In this document: positions 23,898-32,078 of the stretch, piece after piece
How the letters are laid out: the number at the start of each line of letters is the position of its first letter
Numbering within the stretch: the first letter of the stretch is position 1
NCBI GenBank assembly: GCA_041662565.1
Contig: JBAZSE010000004.1
Location: forward strand, 73,398 to 127,823
Direction of reading: 5' to 3'
DNA length: 54,426 nt
DNA from: Patescibacteria group bacterium
Lineage (GTDB): Bacteria > Patescibacteriota > Patescibacteriia > UBA1558 > UBA10009
Position numbers and translations under genes: made by a program
The notes under the pieces: model-generated
Seen by the model: only the letters and a program-made list of their open reading frames with translations
Told to the model about the DNA's origin: nothing
Databases searched by the model: none

Positions 23898-23955
23898 CCC
23901 TTTTTGTATTTCTAGTATACCGAAAATAAACCGAAAATACAATAATACAGTTATC

Positions 23956-24010
23956 CACAGCGCTTAGCGCTGTGATTGTGGCGCTCAGCGCCACACAGCG
24001 CTTAGCGTGT
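23956..24010. repeat. three tandem GCTNAGC-centred palindromes
   Basis: cacagcGCTTAGCgctgtg (23956-23974), gtggcGCTCAGCgccac (23978-23994), acagcGCTTAGCgtgt (imperfect, ~23995-24010). Confidence 0.8.
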
Positions 24011-24025
24011 TTAATATAAAACAAT

Positions 24026-24058
24026 GTAGGGGCATCGAGCTTAGCTCGATGCCCCTAC
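24026..24058 (-). terminator. intrinsic terminator after the HtrA-like gene, with a GCTTAGC centre
   Basis: gtaggggcatcgagc-tt-agctcgatgcccctac; ~15-bp stem followed by attgtttt on the minus strand. Confidence 0.7.
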
Positions 24059-24092
24059 GGGATTTACGTGTAATTACGTTTTGCAAATTTTT

Positions 24093-25343
24093 TTACAATT
24101 CACCTAAAGTAACCTTAAGATCTTTTTCCTCCCCTTTTCTAAAAATTCTTAAAGTAATTTCTTGGCCGCTGGAATAATCCTGAATCAATTTGGTTAAAGA
24201 ATTGCTTTCATCAATATCTTCGTTATTAACTTTTAAAATAATATCTCCGGCTGCCAAACCAGCCAAGGCCGCAGGGCTGCCATCAATAACCGCTAAAATA
24301 TTTCTTTTGGCATCACCCAGTAAAACCGCACCCTTTACCCTGCCTTCGGCTACTGCTTGATTCAAACCCAAGGCCTCGGATAAATCCAAATAGTTAACGC
24401 CCAAACGGCTGCGCAAAACTTCTTCGCTATTGGCCAAAAAGTTGCCGATAGCGGATTTTAAATAATAAGCCGGAATGGCCAAATTAATACCTTCTCGGCC
24501 GGAATTAAATAAAAGACCGGCAACTTCATTTTTATCATTCAACAGCATAGCGCCGTTATAAACCGGTGCCAGTTCTTTGGCTAATTTTAAATAATGATCG
24601 ATTTTATCGGTAGAAAGCAAAAAATCCGCCGGCTTGGCTTGATCGTGATAAGCAAATTTTTGAATGGAGGTTTTAACAATATCCGAACCGTGATTTTGAA
24701 TGGAATAACGGCTGGTTAACAATAAATCGGTCGGGCTAATGGCACTAACCGAGGCGAATTTAACCGGAGATAATCCCGTAGCCGATATATGAACCAATAA
24801 AATATTACTGAATTTATCCAAAATTTGCTTATCGGGCTGATAAATCTTTTTATCGGAGGTAACCACTATAAATTTATTATCCCCCACCACTCCGGCGGGC
24901 ACCATTAGCCAGCCATCGCTGGTGGCCACCACGCCACTGCCCAAAAAATCTTTTTCCAAATACAATGAATCCAAAATTCCGCTTCCAGCACTGGTTGGAG
25001 TTTTAAGCCGGTAAAAACCAACTAATTGCTTTCTGATTTCACTAAAAATTTTATCATAACTGCCGGTATCTTCCTTGACCAAAAAATTCAAATCCAAAAC
25101 CTCTTTGCTTTTAGCTACTTGCTCGGAAGCAGCGGGTGAAAGGTAATCATTAACCGAAAACCAGTTATCCTGAACCAATCCGGCTACAAAACCGCCTAAA
25201 ACCGAAACCACTAAAATCAACAATAGATTTTTTATACCTAAAATACCGCCTCCGCTTGAAGGGCGCAAAATTTCTTGATTATAAATATTATCAATCACCG
25301 TTCTTTTAGTTTCTCTATTGTTGGCTTCGGAAGTTTTAGGCAT
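24093..25343 (-). CDS. membrane-anchored HtrA-like trypsin-fold + PDZ protein, apparently catalytically dead
   Basis: TM LLLILVVSVLGGFVAGLV. GSGVVATSDGWLMVPAGVV / NILLVHI / VYNGAMLLNDKNEVAGLL align to the DegP His/Asp/Ser blocks with G/N/N substitutions. C-terminal PDZ (GSPAALAGLAAGDIILKVNNEDI). Confidence 0.6.
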   Translation of the reverse strand: MPKTSEANNRETKRTVIDNIYNQEILRPSSGGGILGIKNLLLILVVSVLGGFVAGLVQDNWFSVNDYLSPAASEQVAKSKEVLDLNFLVKEDTGSYDKIFSEIRKQLVGFYRLKTPTSAGSGILDSLYLEKDFLGSGVVATSDGWLMVPAGVVGDNKFIVVTSDKKIYQPDKQILDKFSNILLVHISATGLSPVKFASVSAISPTDLLLTSRYSIQNHGSDIVKTSIQKFAYHDQAKPADFLLSTDKIDHYLKLAKELAPVYNGAMLLNDKNEVAGLLFNSGREGINLAIPAYYLKSAIGNFLANSEEVLRSRLGVNYLDLSEALGLNQAVAEGRVKGAVLLGDAKRNILAVIDGSPAALAGLAAGDIILKVNNEDIDESNSLTKLIQDYSSGQEITLRIFRKGEEKDLKVTLGEL

Positions 25344-25361
25344 AAATGTTTTTAATTCTCG

Positions 25362-26129
25362 TTAAAACCACCTGGCGGTGGCTAAAATTAATATAATAAT
25401 AAAAGCAATGGTCAATAAATAATTTTTAGCAACAGTTTTGGAAAAATGACGATTAAAATAACTATCCAAGCTAACACTTAAAGCCAGATAAAATAAAGCA
25501 AAAATTAGTCCTTTAAGATAATAAACCACCGGTAAGGCGCTTAGCGCCCAAAAAATTTCTCCCAGCACCAAGGTCGCAACAAAGCTTGAACGCCAGGCTG
25601 TAAACTTATCCGAAAGGCGTCTTTTTAACCAGTCCAAAAAAAATACCGCGAGCATTACCCCGCCTAAAATCGGCCAAGTGTTGTAGCTTAAAAAATCCTT
25701 AAAACCAAAAGCACTAATACCGATAAACAAAACGGTCAGCTTGCCCAGTAAAAAAGGATCAAAGTTAAATTTGGGCTCGCTTAATTTTGCGGTATAAAAA
25801 AGCTTAAATAGCCGGCCGTAATAAAAATACAAAGCCAATAATGCCAAGGCCAACAAACCTGATTTGAACCAAATGCTTTCCAAAAACAAAAACAGTACTA
25901 AATAACTGAAGATAAAAAATATGCCCTGGAAAATATAAAAACCACCGCCCAAAGAAATTGCCTTTTCTTTAAGATTCAATTTAAGCATAACCCACAAGCT
26001 TAAGCCGGTGATAGCCAAGCTAATGCCGGCAAGCAGGGCTAAATTGGAGTTTTGCAAAAAAAGCAAAGATAAAACCCCGCCAATGGCCAAAGGGCTAAAA
26101 ACCGATAAAACTTTAGCTAAAAGCAACAT
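25362..26129 (-). CDS. polytopic integral membrane protein
   Basis: 255 aa, hydrophobic throughout, several predicted TM helices. Confidence 0.5.
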   Translation of the reverse strand: MLLLAKVLSVFSPLAIGGVLSLLFLQNSNLALLAGISLAITGLSLWVMLKLNLKEKAISLGGGFYIFQGIFFIFSYLVLFLFLESIWFKSGLLALALLALYFYYGRLFKLFYTAKLSEPKFNFDPFLLGKLTVLFIGISAFGFKDFLSYNTWPILGGVMLAVFFLDWLKRRLSDKFTAWRSSFVATLVLGEIFWALSALPVVYYLKGLIFALFYLALSVSLDSYFNRHFSKTVAKNYLLTIAFIIILILATARWF

Positions 26130-26137
26130 GGCAAAAA

Positions 26138-26560
26138 TTAAAGAATATTTGCTAGAAAAATAGTTAAATTAGCTGTTAACCAAGAGTAGCGATTTTTTAG
26201 ATTTTCCAACTTGCCCTTAATTTCAGCCAAAGGCGGACGCGAGGAATTTAACTCGGCAAGGGTTGTAGATAATTGAAAATGCAAATCTTTATAAGCAACA
26301 GGCGCATTAAGGGCAAACAAAGATTCTTCCAGTTGGCTGGCCGAAATTTTTTTCTCTTGATAATTTTTTAATAAATCCAAAACATCTTGCTTATACTTGG
26401 ATTTTAATTCCTGTTGCTGGTTAGAAGCATTAGCGGAATCGGCCAAGCTAAGCTGATGCAATGCGCTGTAAGCTCTTTGTTCAAAAAAAGAACTTACGGC
26501 CAAAATAGTGGTTAACGAAAGAAGAAAAATTCCTAAAAATAAAATTCTGCCAATACGCAT
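26138..26560 (-). CDS. N-terminally anchored hypothetical protein
   Basis: MRIGRILFLGIFLLSLTTILAV anchor, then a helical soluble part. 8-nt spacing to the next gene. Confidence 0.45.
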   Translation of the reverse strand: MRIGRILFLGIFLLSLTTILAVSSFFEQRAYSALHQLSLADSANASNQQQELKSKYKQDVLDLLKNYQEKKISASQLEESLFALNAPVAYKDLHFQLSTTLAELNSSRPPLAEIKGKLENLKNRYSWLTANLTIFLANIL

Positions 26561-26573
26561 ATAATTTATAATG

Positions 26574-27002
26574 CTAGTTATTTTCTTTCGGCTGGTACAT
26601 TGAGCCGATAATCAAGCCGGCTAATAAATAATTAAACAACCCGCCGATCAGCCAAGAAACCACCAGCTCTTCCGGTACTGCCATGGTTAATAAAGTAAGT
26701 AACAAACCAGGCACAACGCCCACAATCCAAATCCAAAAACCATATTGCAAACCCCTAACCGCGCCTGTATCCGGCAAACCAGCGTAAAAAACTCCAAAAA
26801 CCAAAGTTAAAATCAAACCGACGATTAAATTAAAAACCAAATTATACAACCACCAATTGCCGGCCATATCTTTCCATAAAGCAGGATCGGAAGCGGCATA
26901 TAAACTGCCCGAAAGCCAGCCCTCAAGAGAGCTTAAAACGAATAATAAAACACCCACTAAAATACCGATTTGAAAAATTTTCCCTTGATTATTTTTGTTC
27001 AT
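26574..27002 (-). CDS. integral membrane protein (about 4 TM)
   Basis: 142 aa with hydrophobic segments ILVGVLLFVLSSL, LVFNLIVGLILTLVFGVFYAG, WIWIVGVVPGLLLTLLTM and LIGGLFNYLLAGLIIGS. Confidence 0.5.
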   Translation of the reverse strand: MNKNNQGKIFQIGILVGVLLFVLSSLEGWLSGSLYAASDPALWKDMAGNWWLYNLVFNLIVGLILTLVFGVFYAGLPDTGAVRGLQYGFWIWIVGVVPGLLLTLLTMAVPEELVVSWLIGGLFNYLLAGLIIGSMYQPKENN

Positions 27003-27063
27003 ATTTTTTTATTTTGTTAATTGAAATTTTGTTAAAAATTTTTCGACTTTTATTTGAATTTTT

Positions 27064-27387
27064 TTAAGTAAAGTTAGCGGAGTCAATTTCTTGCCAGTCA
27101 TCACGCGCTTCGTTCCAATTGTAAACTTTTAAGGTATGAGTTTGTTCATCTTCCGAATAAACATAATCAACATTAATTTCTCCTCCAATCCGGTTGGAAT
27201 AATTGGTTTTTTTGCTTAAAACCTTGGGCCGGGTAATCCACTCCAGGCGCATTTTGCCAGCAGGGCCGTTAAATTCCAAAACCTCGGTTTCTTGCCTGAT
27301 TTCGGGATCTTTTTCTATGCCCTGATGCAACAGTTCATAGCCGTCAATGATTTTCTTTTTAATATCCAACCAGCGATCGAGGTGCAT
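27064..27387 (-). CDS. hypothetical cytoplasmic protein
   Basis: 107-aa ORF, same strand and operon-like spacing. No motif recognised. Confidence 0.4.
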   Translation of the reverse strand: MHLDRWLDIKKKIIDGYELLHQGIEKDPEIRQETEVLEFNGPAGKMRLEWITRPKVLSKKTNYSNRIGGEINVDYVYSEDEQTHTLKVYNWNEARDDWQEIDSANFT

Positions 27388-27448
27388 AAATTATTTGAAT
27401 AATTCAAACTGAATTTATTATAGCATTTTTTTCAAATTTTGTCTTTAA

Positions 27449-28174
27449 TCAACGAATTACTTTCCATTCCTTGCTTAACGAACGCTTAAAAAATTTAAGA
27501 GAAATAAAATTGAATATCCAGGTGGCTAATAAACGCGGCCAACCCAATTTATGCGCCCGACGCGAAGTATGCCAAACGCTTAAGCTTGGTTCAACGTAAG
27601 TTCGGCCAATTTTATTGATTCTGGCAAAAAAATCCTGATCTTCAGCGGCGGCCAGTAATTCGTTATAACCCCCTAATTTTTTAAATGATGCGGCCCTGAC
27701 CATTTGAAATTCCCCGGAAGCAATACCGATATTTAAAAAATTATTGGCCAGATAATACATACCATTAATAATGCCAAAAATAATCTTATCTAAAATATTT
27801 GCCTGTTCAGGTAAAACTTTTAAAAAAACCGTTAAACCCAAAACATTATTTTTTTCGGCAAAAACCTTAAGCGCTTTGGCTATAAAATCATTAATTTCAA
27901 AAATAACCACATCGGCGTCCAAAAAAATAAGATACTCGCCTTCAGCCACGGCAGCCCCCATATTTTTGCCCTGGCCGATTGTTTGCCTGGCTAACCCGGT
28001 ATATTCAACCACTTGGGCCTGATATTTTTTAGCGATTTCAAGAGTCGCGTCGGTGCTTTTGCCGTCCGAAATGATAATTTCGTAAGCAACGTTGCGCAAT
28101 TGCCTTAACGCTTTTAAAGTCCTTTCTAAAACCGTTGCCTCATTAAGCGTGGGAATAATAAAGGAAATTAACAT
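27449..28174 (-). CDS. glycosyltransferase family 2
   Basis: ISFIIPTLNE...IIISDGKSTD...FLDADV (DxD). Confidence 0.8.
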   Translation of the reverse strand: MLISFIIPTLNEATVLERTLKALRQLRNVAYEIIISDGKSTDATLEIAKKYQAQVVEYTGLARQTIGQGKNMGAAVAEGEYLIFLDADVVIFEINDFIAKALKVFAEKNNVLGLTVFLKVLPEQANILDKIIFGIINGMYYLANNFLNIGIASGEFQMVRAASFKKLGGYNELLAAAEDQDFFARINKIGRTYVEPSLSVWHTSRRAHKLGWPRLLATWIFNFISLKFFKRSLSKEWKVIR

Positions 28175-28211
28175 ATTTTTAAAAAATAAAAGCCAGTTGC
28201 ATTAAGCAAGA

Positions 28212-28946
28212 TCAATCAATTTTTTTCCATTCTTTAATATGCGCTTTGCCCGTAAATATAATCCACAGCATATTAATAAACCAAACCCAGACCATTTTTA
28301 GCCAGCCCTCGCGCCTAAATCTGGTAGAAGCGCCATAAGCAATAAAATTTTTTAAAACCTGGGTGCGACCGATCTTATTTAAACGTAAAAATAAATTACT
28401 ATCTTCCTGCGTAATTAATTTTTCGTTATAACCCCTGATTTTTAAAAATGATTCCCGCCTAACAACCTGCACCCAGCCCATGGCCACTCCCATTCTGATC
28501 ATATTTAAACCCTCTATGCCCTTATTGATCATCCATAAATTAAATCTATCAAAATTGGTTTCTTCTTCGGGATAAAACCTGACTTCCAAAGTAAGCCCGA
28601 CTGTTTTTTGATCTCCCTCCAAAACCGCCAAAACCGCTCTGATAAATTGGTCCAATCGGCCAATAACCACTCCGCAATCAATAAAAATCAAATAACGGCC
28701 ACCAGCAAGAGAAGCACCTTTATTACGGTTTTCACCGATGCTTTTATTTTTTTCGCCCGGTTTTCTAATGTAAACCTTATCGGCCAATTCTTGGGCAATA
28801 ACTACGGTATTATCGGTAGAACCGCCATCAGCGACAATAATTTCCTTATCCAGCCAAGTTAATGAACGCAAAGGACTTAAGGTTTGGGCTAAATTTTTTT
28901 CTTCATTAAAAACTGGAATAATGAATGAAATGAGAGGTTGATTCAT
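28212..28946 (-). CDS. glycosyltransferase family 2 (tandem paralog)
   Basis: MNQPLISFIIPVFNEE...IVADGGSTD...FIDCGV. The ORF track extends to 29033 through a GC-rich inverted-repeat element, so I prefer the ATG at 28946. Confidence 0.75.
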   Translation of the reverse strand: MNQPLISFIIPVFNEEKNLAQTLSPLRSLTWLDKEIIVADGGSTDNTVVIAQELADKVYIRKPGEKNKSIGENRNKGASLAGGRYLIFIDCGVVIGRLDQFIRAVLAVLEGDQKTVGLTLEVRFYPEEETNFDRFNLWMINKGIEGLNMIRMGVAMGWVQVVRRESFLKIRGYNEKLITQEDSNLFLRLNKIGRTQVLKNFIAYGASTRFRREGWLKMVWVWFINMLWIIFTGKAHIKEWKKID

Positions 28947-28963
28947 ATTGATAAAATTTTCCA

Positions 28964-29065
28964 TTAGGCAAGCGGCGGTAATCAAAAATTTGCTCATTCG
29001 GACCCTAGCCTCGTCGGCTGGGTACCCCCTCATTTCGCAAATTTTTATTACCTTCGCTTGCCTAA
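28964..29065. repeat. ~100-nt long-stem inverted repeat with a GC-rich 43-nt loop
   Basis: ttaggcaagcggcggtaatcaaaaatttgc ... gcaaatttttattaccttcgcttgcctaa; ~29-bp stem with 2 mismatches and 1 bulge. Confidence 0.7.
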
Positions 29066-29075
29066 ATTAAAAAAA

Positions 29076-29759
29076 CTACTTTCCATATCTACGCTGTCTG
29101 CTCGCATAATCTTCAAGTGCTAAATCCAAATCTTTCTCACTAAATGCCGGCCATAGGGTTTGGCAAAAATAAAATTCACTGTAAGCCGATGGCCATAATA
29201 AAAATCCGGACAGCCGATGTTCGCCCGAGGTTCTAATAATTAAATCGGGCGGGGGCATTTGAGGATCGTAAAGATACTGGGAAAAATTTTCTATGGAAAC
29301 TTTTTTAATCCCATCTTTAATGATTTTATTTACGGCGTCGATAATTTCCGGCTGACCGCCGTAATTTAAAGCAATATTTAAAATAGCCTTGGTGTTGTTT
29401 TTGGTTAATTCCATGGATTCATAACACAGTTTTTGCAAATCAGTTGGCAGTTCGTGCAACCGGCCAATCATTTGAACTTTAACGCCTTTTTTATGGAAAG
29501 TTTTAATATCATTAGTTAAACCATCCTTAAGCAAATTCATTAAGTAACCAACTTCTGCCTTGCTCCTGTTCCAATTTTCGGTAGAAAAAGCAAAAACCGT
29601 TAACACCTTAATGCCCCTTTCAAAACACCAATCTCCCACCTGCAACATCTTGCCATAGCCCTTTTTATGCCCCAAAAGAGTGGGCAAACCTCGTTTTTTG
29701 GCCCACCTGCGATTACCATCCATAATAATGGCTAAATGCTCTAAAATCGGTTTTGTCAT
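29076..29759 (-). CDS. uppS: undecaprenyl (isoprenyl) diphosphate synthase
   Basis: HLAIIMDGNRRWAKKRGLP, FAFSTENWNR, IRTSGEHRLSGFLLWPSAYSEFYF. The track start at 29777 is a TTG; the ATG at 29759 is more likely. Confidence 0.9.
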   Translation of the reverse strand: MTKPILEHLAIIMDGNRRWAKKRGLPTLLGHKKGYGKMLQVGDWCFERGIKVLTVFAFSTENWNRSKAEVGYLMNLLKDGLTNDIKTFHKKGVKVQMIGRLHELPTDLQKLCYESMELTKNNTKAILNIALNYGGQPEIIDAVNKIIKDGIKKVSIENFSQYLYDPQMPPPDLIIRTSGEHRLSGFLLWPSAYSEFYFCQTLWPAFSEKDLDLALEDYASRQRRYGK

Positions 29760-29875
29760 AAAAAATCCGCCTGTCAATAATTTAAGCCATTATATCACAA
29801 AAATAGCGCTTGACCTATGGCCGTAATAATGTTAAAAGGTAAGTGACTATAGCACAAACCACTTTTGGAGAAACA

Positions 29876-30085
29876 ATGAAAGTTCTACTTAATATTCTCT
29901 TTTTACTCGGACTAATCGGTGGCCTTTTCGTAGCCGTCCGAGCTGTGGCAGATGAGAGAAATATTCGTTGGCACCTAGTGGCCATTGGACTGATTTGCGC
30001 CATTGGATTTGGGATGCTCTACCTGCATCCCATGGTCAATGAGGTTTGGTCAACGAGATCGCTCGTTATAGGAAGGCATCTCTGA
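29876..30085 (+). CDS. small two-TM membrane protein (69 aa) in a locally GC-rich patch
   Basis: GGAG-N5-ATG RBS at 29867-29878. MKVLLNILFLLGLIGGLFVAV...LVAIGLICAIGFGMLYL. Followed by a hairpin + T-run terminator. Confidence 0.5.
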   Translation: MKVLLNILFLLGLIGGLFVAVRAVADERNIRWHLVAIGLICAIGFGMLYLHPMVNEVWSTRSLVIGRHL

Positions 30086-30103
30086 TGCCAAAAAAAACGC
30101 AAA

Positions 30104-30140
30104 AGACGGTTACCATCACGGCGACCGTCTCTTTTTTTTC
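30104..30140. terminator. bidirectional intrinsic terminator
   Basis: agacggt-N13-accgtct flanked by an A-run (upstream) and ctttttttt (downstream), between convergent small genes. Confidence 0.65.
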
Positions 30141-30225
30141 TTTAAGAATACCTTAACGAAGCGATTTTTTTTCCGCTTTTTTTGCGGTGCTTGCGAATAG
30201 CAACTTTATTTTTCTTATACATAAT

Positions 30226-30483
30226 TTACTTCCTTTCTTGCTGTTTAAAAATTTTGCTTAAATAAAAGGTGATAACCACCAAAATCACGGTCATAGCCAA
30301 CGCGTAAATAAATTTAGCCAAAACGGAATTGCTGTTTAAAGGAAACAAATATTCAATCAAACTTTTTATGGCCTCGTTCCAAGCCAAACCTGCCACCAAG
30401 CCAAAGCCGGCAGTAATGTAACCCAAAGCACTTGTTTTGATTACTTGAGGCAATGGTTCTTGTTTTTTTAATTCTTCTGGCAT
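30226..30483 (-). CDS. DUF5654-like small membrane protein
   Basis: 85 aa: GYITAGFGLVAGLAWNEAIKSLIEYLFP plus a C-terminal TM helix. Confidence 0.55.
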   Translation of the reverse strand: MPEELKKQEPLPQVIKTSALGYITAGFGLVAGLAWNEAIKSLIEYLFPLNSNSVLAKFIYALAMTVILVVITFYLSKIFKQQERK

Positions 30484-30510
30484 AAATTTATTTGCTTAAT
30501 TTCCTAACTT

Positions 30511-30586
30511 TGGTCGGGGATCCGGGACTTGAACCCGGAATCTCACGAACCCGAATCGTGCGCCCTAGCCATTAGGCCAATCCCCG
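30511..30586 (-). tRNA. tRNA-Pro (anticodon CGG), CCA encoded
   Basis: Hand-folded cloverleaf: CGGGGAT/ATCCCCG acceptor, GCCT/GGGC D stem, CACGA-TTCGGGT-TCGTG anticodon arm (U33, CGG, G37), CCGGG-TTCAAGT-CCCGG T arm, A73-CCA. Confidence 0.9.
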
Positions 30587-30736
30587 AACAGAGCTATAAA
30601 ATTAATTACCAACTGCCTGCCCCGCCAACAATGAGCGATAGCGAATTGTTTTGCGGGGCGCTACAGCCCGGCTGATAATCGCGAAACAACCTTATCTTAC
30701 TGGTTTTTAAACAAATTGACAACACTTGAATTTGGC

Positions 30737-31942
30737 CTACTCTGCCAGCTGTTTTTGATATTCACCTATTTGGCTAAAAAACCTATCTTTATTTTCGGGC
30801 TTAATCGGCGTACCCGGAGGTAAAATTTCTTTAAGCGGATTTATTTTAACGCCGTTTTTAACCATTTCAAAATGCAAATGCGGGCCGGTAGATAAGCCGG
30901 TGGAGCCAACATAGCCGATAACTTGACCCTGCTTAACTTGCTGGCCTTTTTTAACAATTATTCTGGATTGGTGGGCGTAATTGGTGGAATAAGTGCCATT
31001 GTGCCTAATGGTGGTTAAATTGCCATAACCAACTCTGCTCCAGCCAACGCTTGTTATTGTGCCATCGCCTACCGATCTGATAGGCGTGCCCATGGGTGCG
31101 GCGTAATCTATTGCCCGATGCCCCGTGCATAAGCCGAACTTTTCCAAACAGCGCGAACCCGTAGTGTAGCCCGAAGTAATGTATTTGTAAGCCACAGCTG
31201 ATTTTAAAAACATTTTTTGGACCGAATTGCCATCTTGATCAAAATAGCCCGAATTATCCGCTGATTCTTCAAAATAATAAACAAAATGTTCGGTTCCTTC
31301 GTTAACATATTTGCCGGCTAAAATTTTGCCCGGCATAATATATTTGCCGCTGCGATAACGCTCTTCGTAAATAAATTTAAAAATATCGCCTACTCTGGGA
31401 TCCATGGAAAAATCAATAGTCCATTGAAAAGCATCAGCCGCATCAATAATGGCCCGTTGGTCAATATTGTTTTTTATCGCCGCTTCGTACATAGAGGTCT
31501 CAATAACGCCCGTGACTGTTTTAATTTTTATCTCGTAATCAATCGGCTTGATTTTAGGAAGCCATTGGTTGGTAGAATTTTTTGTTACATACAGCTCTTG
31601 CTCCGAATCTATCTGATAAACTAATTGCTTTAAATCATCTGTTTGAAGTTCGTAAGTTAAGGCCAAAGATCTGCCGACTCTGATTTTTGACAAATCATAA
31701 ATATCTTTGGTTGAATCAAAAATTGCCTGGGTAACAGTAGCCGCAATACCTGCTTCGGACATTAAATTGCCATAAGTTGAATTAGGCGTAATTTCCACTT
31801 CCACTGTTTTATCCAGGACTTCGGGAATTTTGGTTTGGTCTTTTTGGTTGGAAACATGATTGCCATTGGATTTAAAAAACCAGACAAACAAAAAAATCGC
31901 CAACACGATTAAAAAAAGAAATAAATAGTTTTTGATTTTCAT
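30737..31942 (-). CDS. M23 family (LytM-type) metallopeptidase
   Basis: HRAIDYAAPMGTPI ... GSTGLSTGPHLHFEM. N-terminal TM anchor. Confidence 0.85.
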   Translation of the reverse strand: MKIKNYLFLFLIVLAIFLFVWFFKSNGNHVSNQKDQTKIPEVLDKTVEVEITPNSTYGNLMSEAGIAATVTQAIFDSTKDIYDLSKIRVGRSLALTYELQTDDLKQLVYQIDSEQELYVTKNSTNQWLPKIKPIDYEIKIKTVTGVIETSMYEAAIKNNIDQRAIIDAADAFQWTIDFSMDPRVGDIFKFIYEERYRSGKYIMPGKILAGKYVNEGTEHFVYYFEESADNSGYFDQDGNSVQKMFLKSAVAYKYITSGYTTGSRCLEKFGLCTGHRAIDYAAPMGTPIRSVGDGTITSVGWSRVGYGNLTTIRHNGTYSTNYAHQSRIIVKKGQQVKQGQVIGYVGSTGLSTGPHLHFEMVKNGVKINPLKEILPPGTPIKPENKDRFFSQIGEYQKQLAE

Positions 31943-31949
31943 AAATAAA

Positions 31950-32024
31950 TGGTACCGAGTACGGGAATCGAACCCGTGTTACCAGGATGAGAACCTGGCG
32001 TCCTAGCCACTAGACGAACTCGGC
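31950..32024 (-). tRNA. tRNA-Glu (anticodon CTC), CCA encoded, G1-U72 wobble
   Basis: Hand-folded: GCCGAGT/ACTCGGT acceptor, TTCGTCTAGTGGCTAGGAC D region typical of tRNA-Glu, CCAGG-TTCTCAT-CCTGG anticodon arm, ACGGG-TTCGATT-CCCGT T arm. Confidence 0.85.
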
Positions 32025-32078
32025 TTACAAATCAAATAACAACAAGCTTGCTCATCCTAGCAAATCAAACCAAGTAAA

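Noticed and set aside
23803-24024. 73-aa minus-strand ORF spanning the lexA upstream region
   Set aside because: It reads straight through the tandem palindromes, the operator candidates and the lexA start. It is an artefact of the non-coding repeat DNA.
29815-30003. 62-aa minus-strand ORF antisense to the small membrane-protein gene
   Set aside because: Its Arg/Ser/Thr/Pro-rich product is typical of a wrong-strand reading of a GC-rich patch. The plus-strand gene has an RBS and a terminator.
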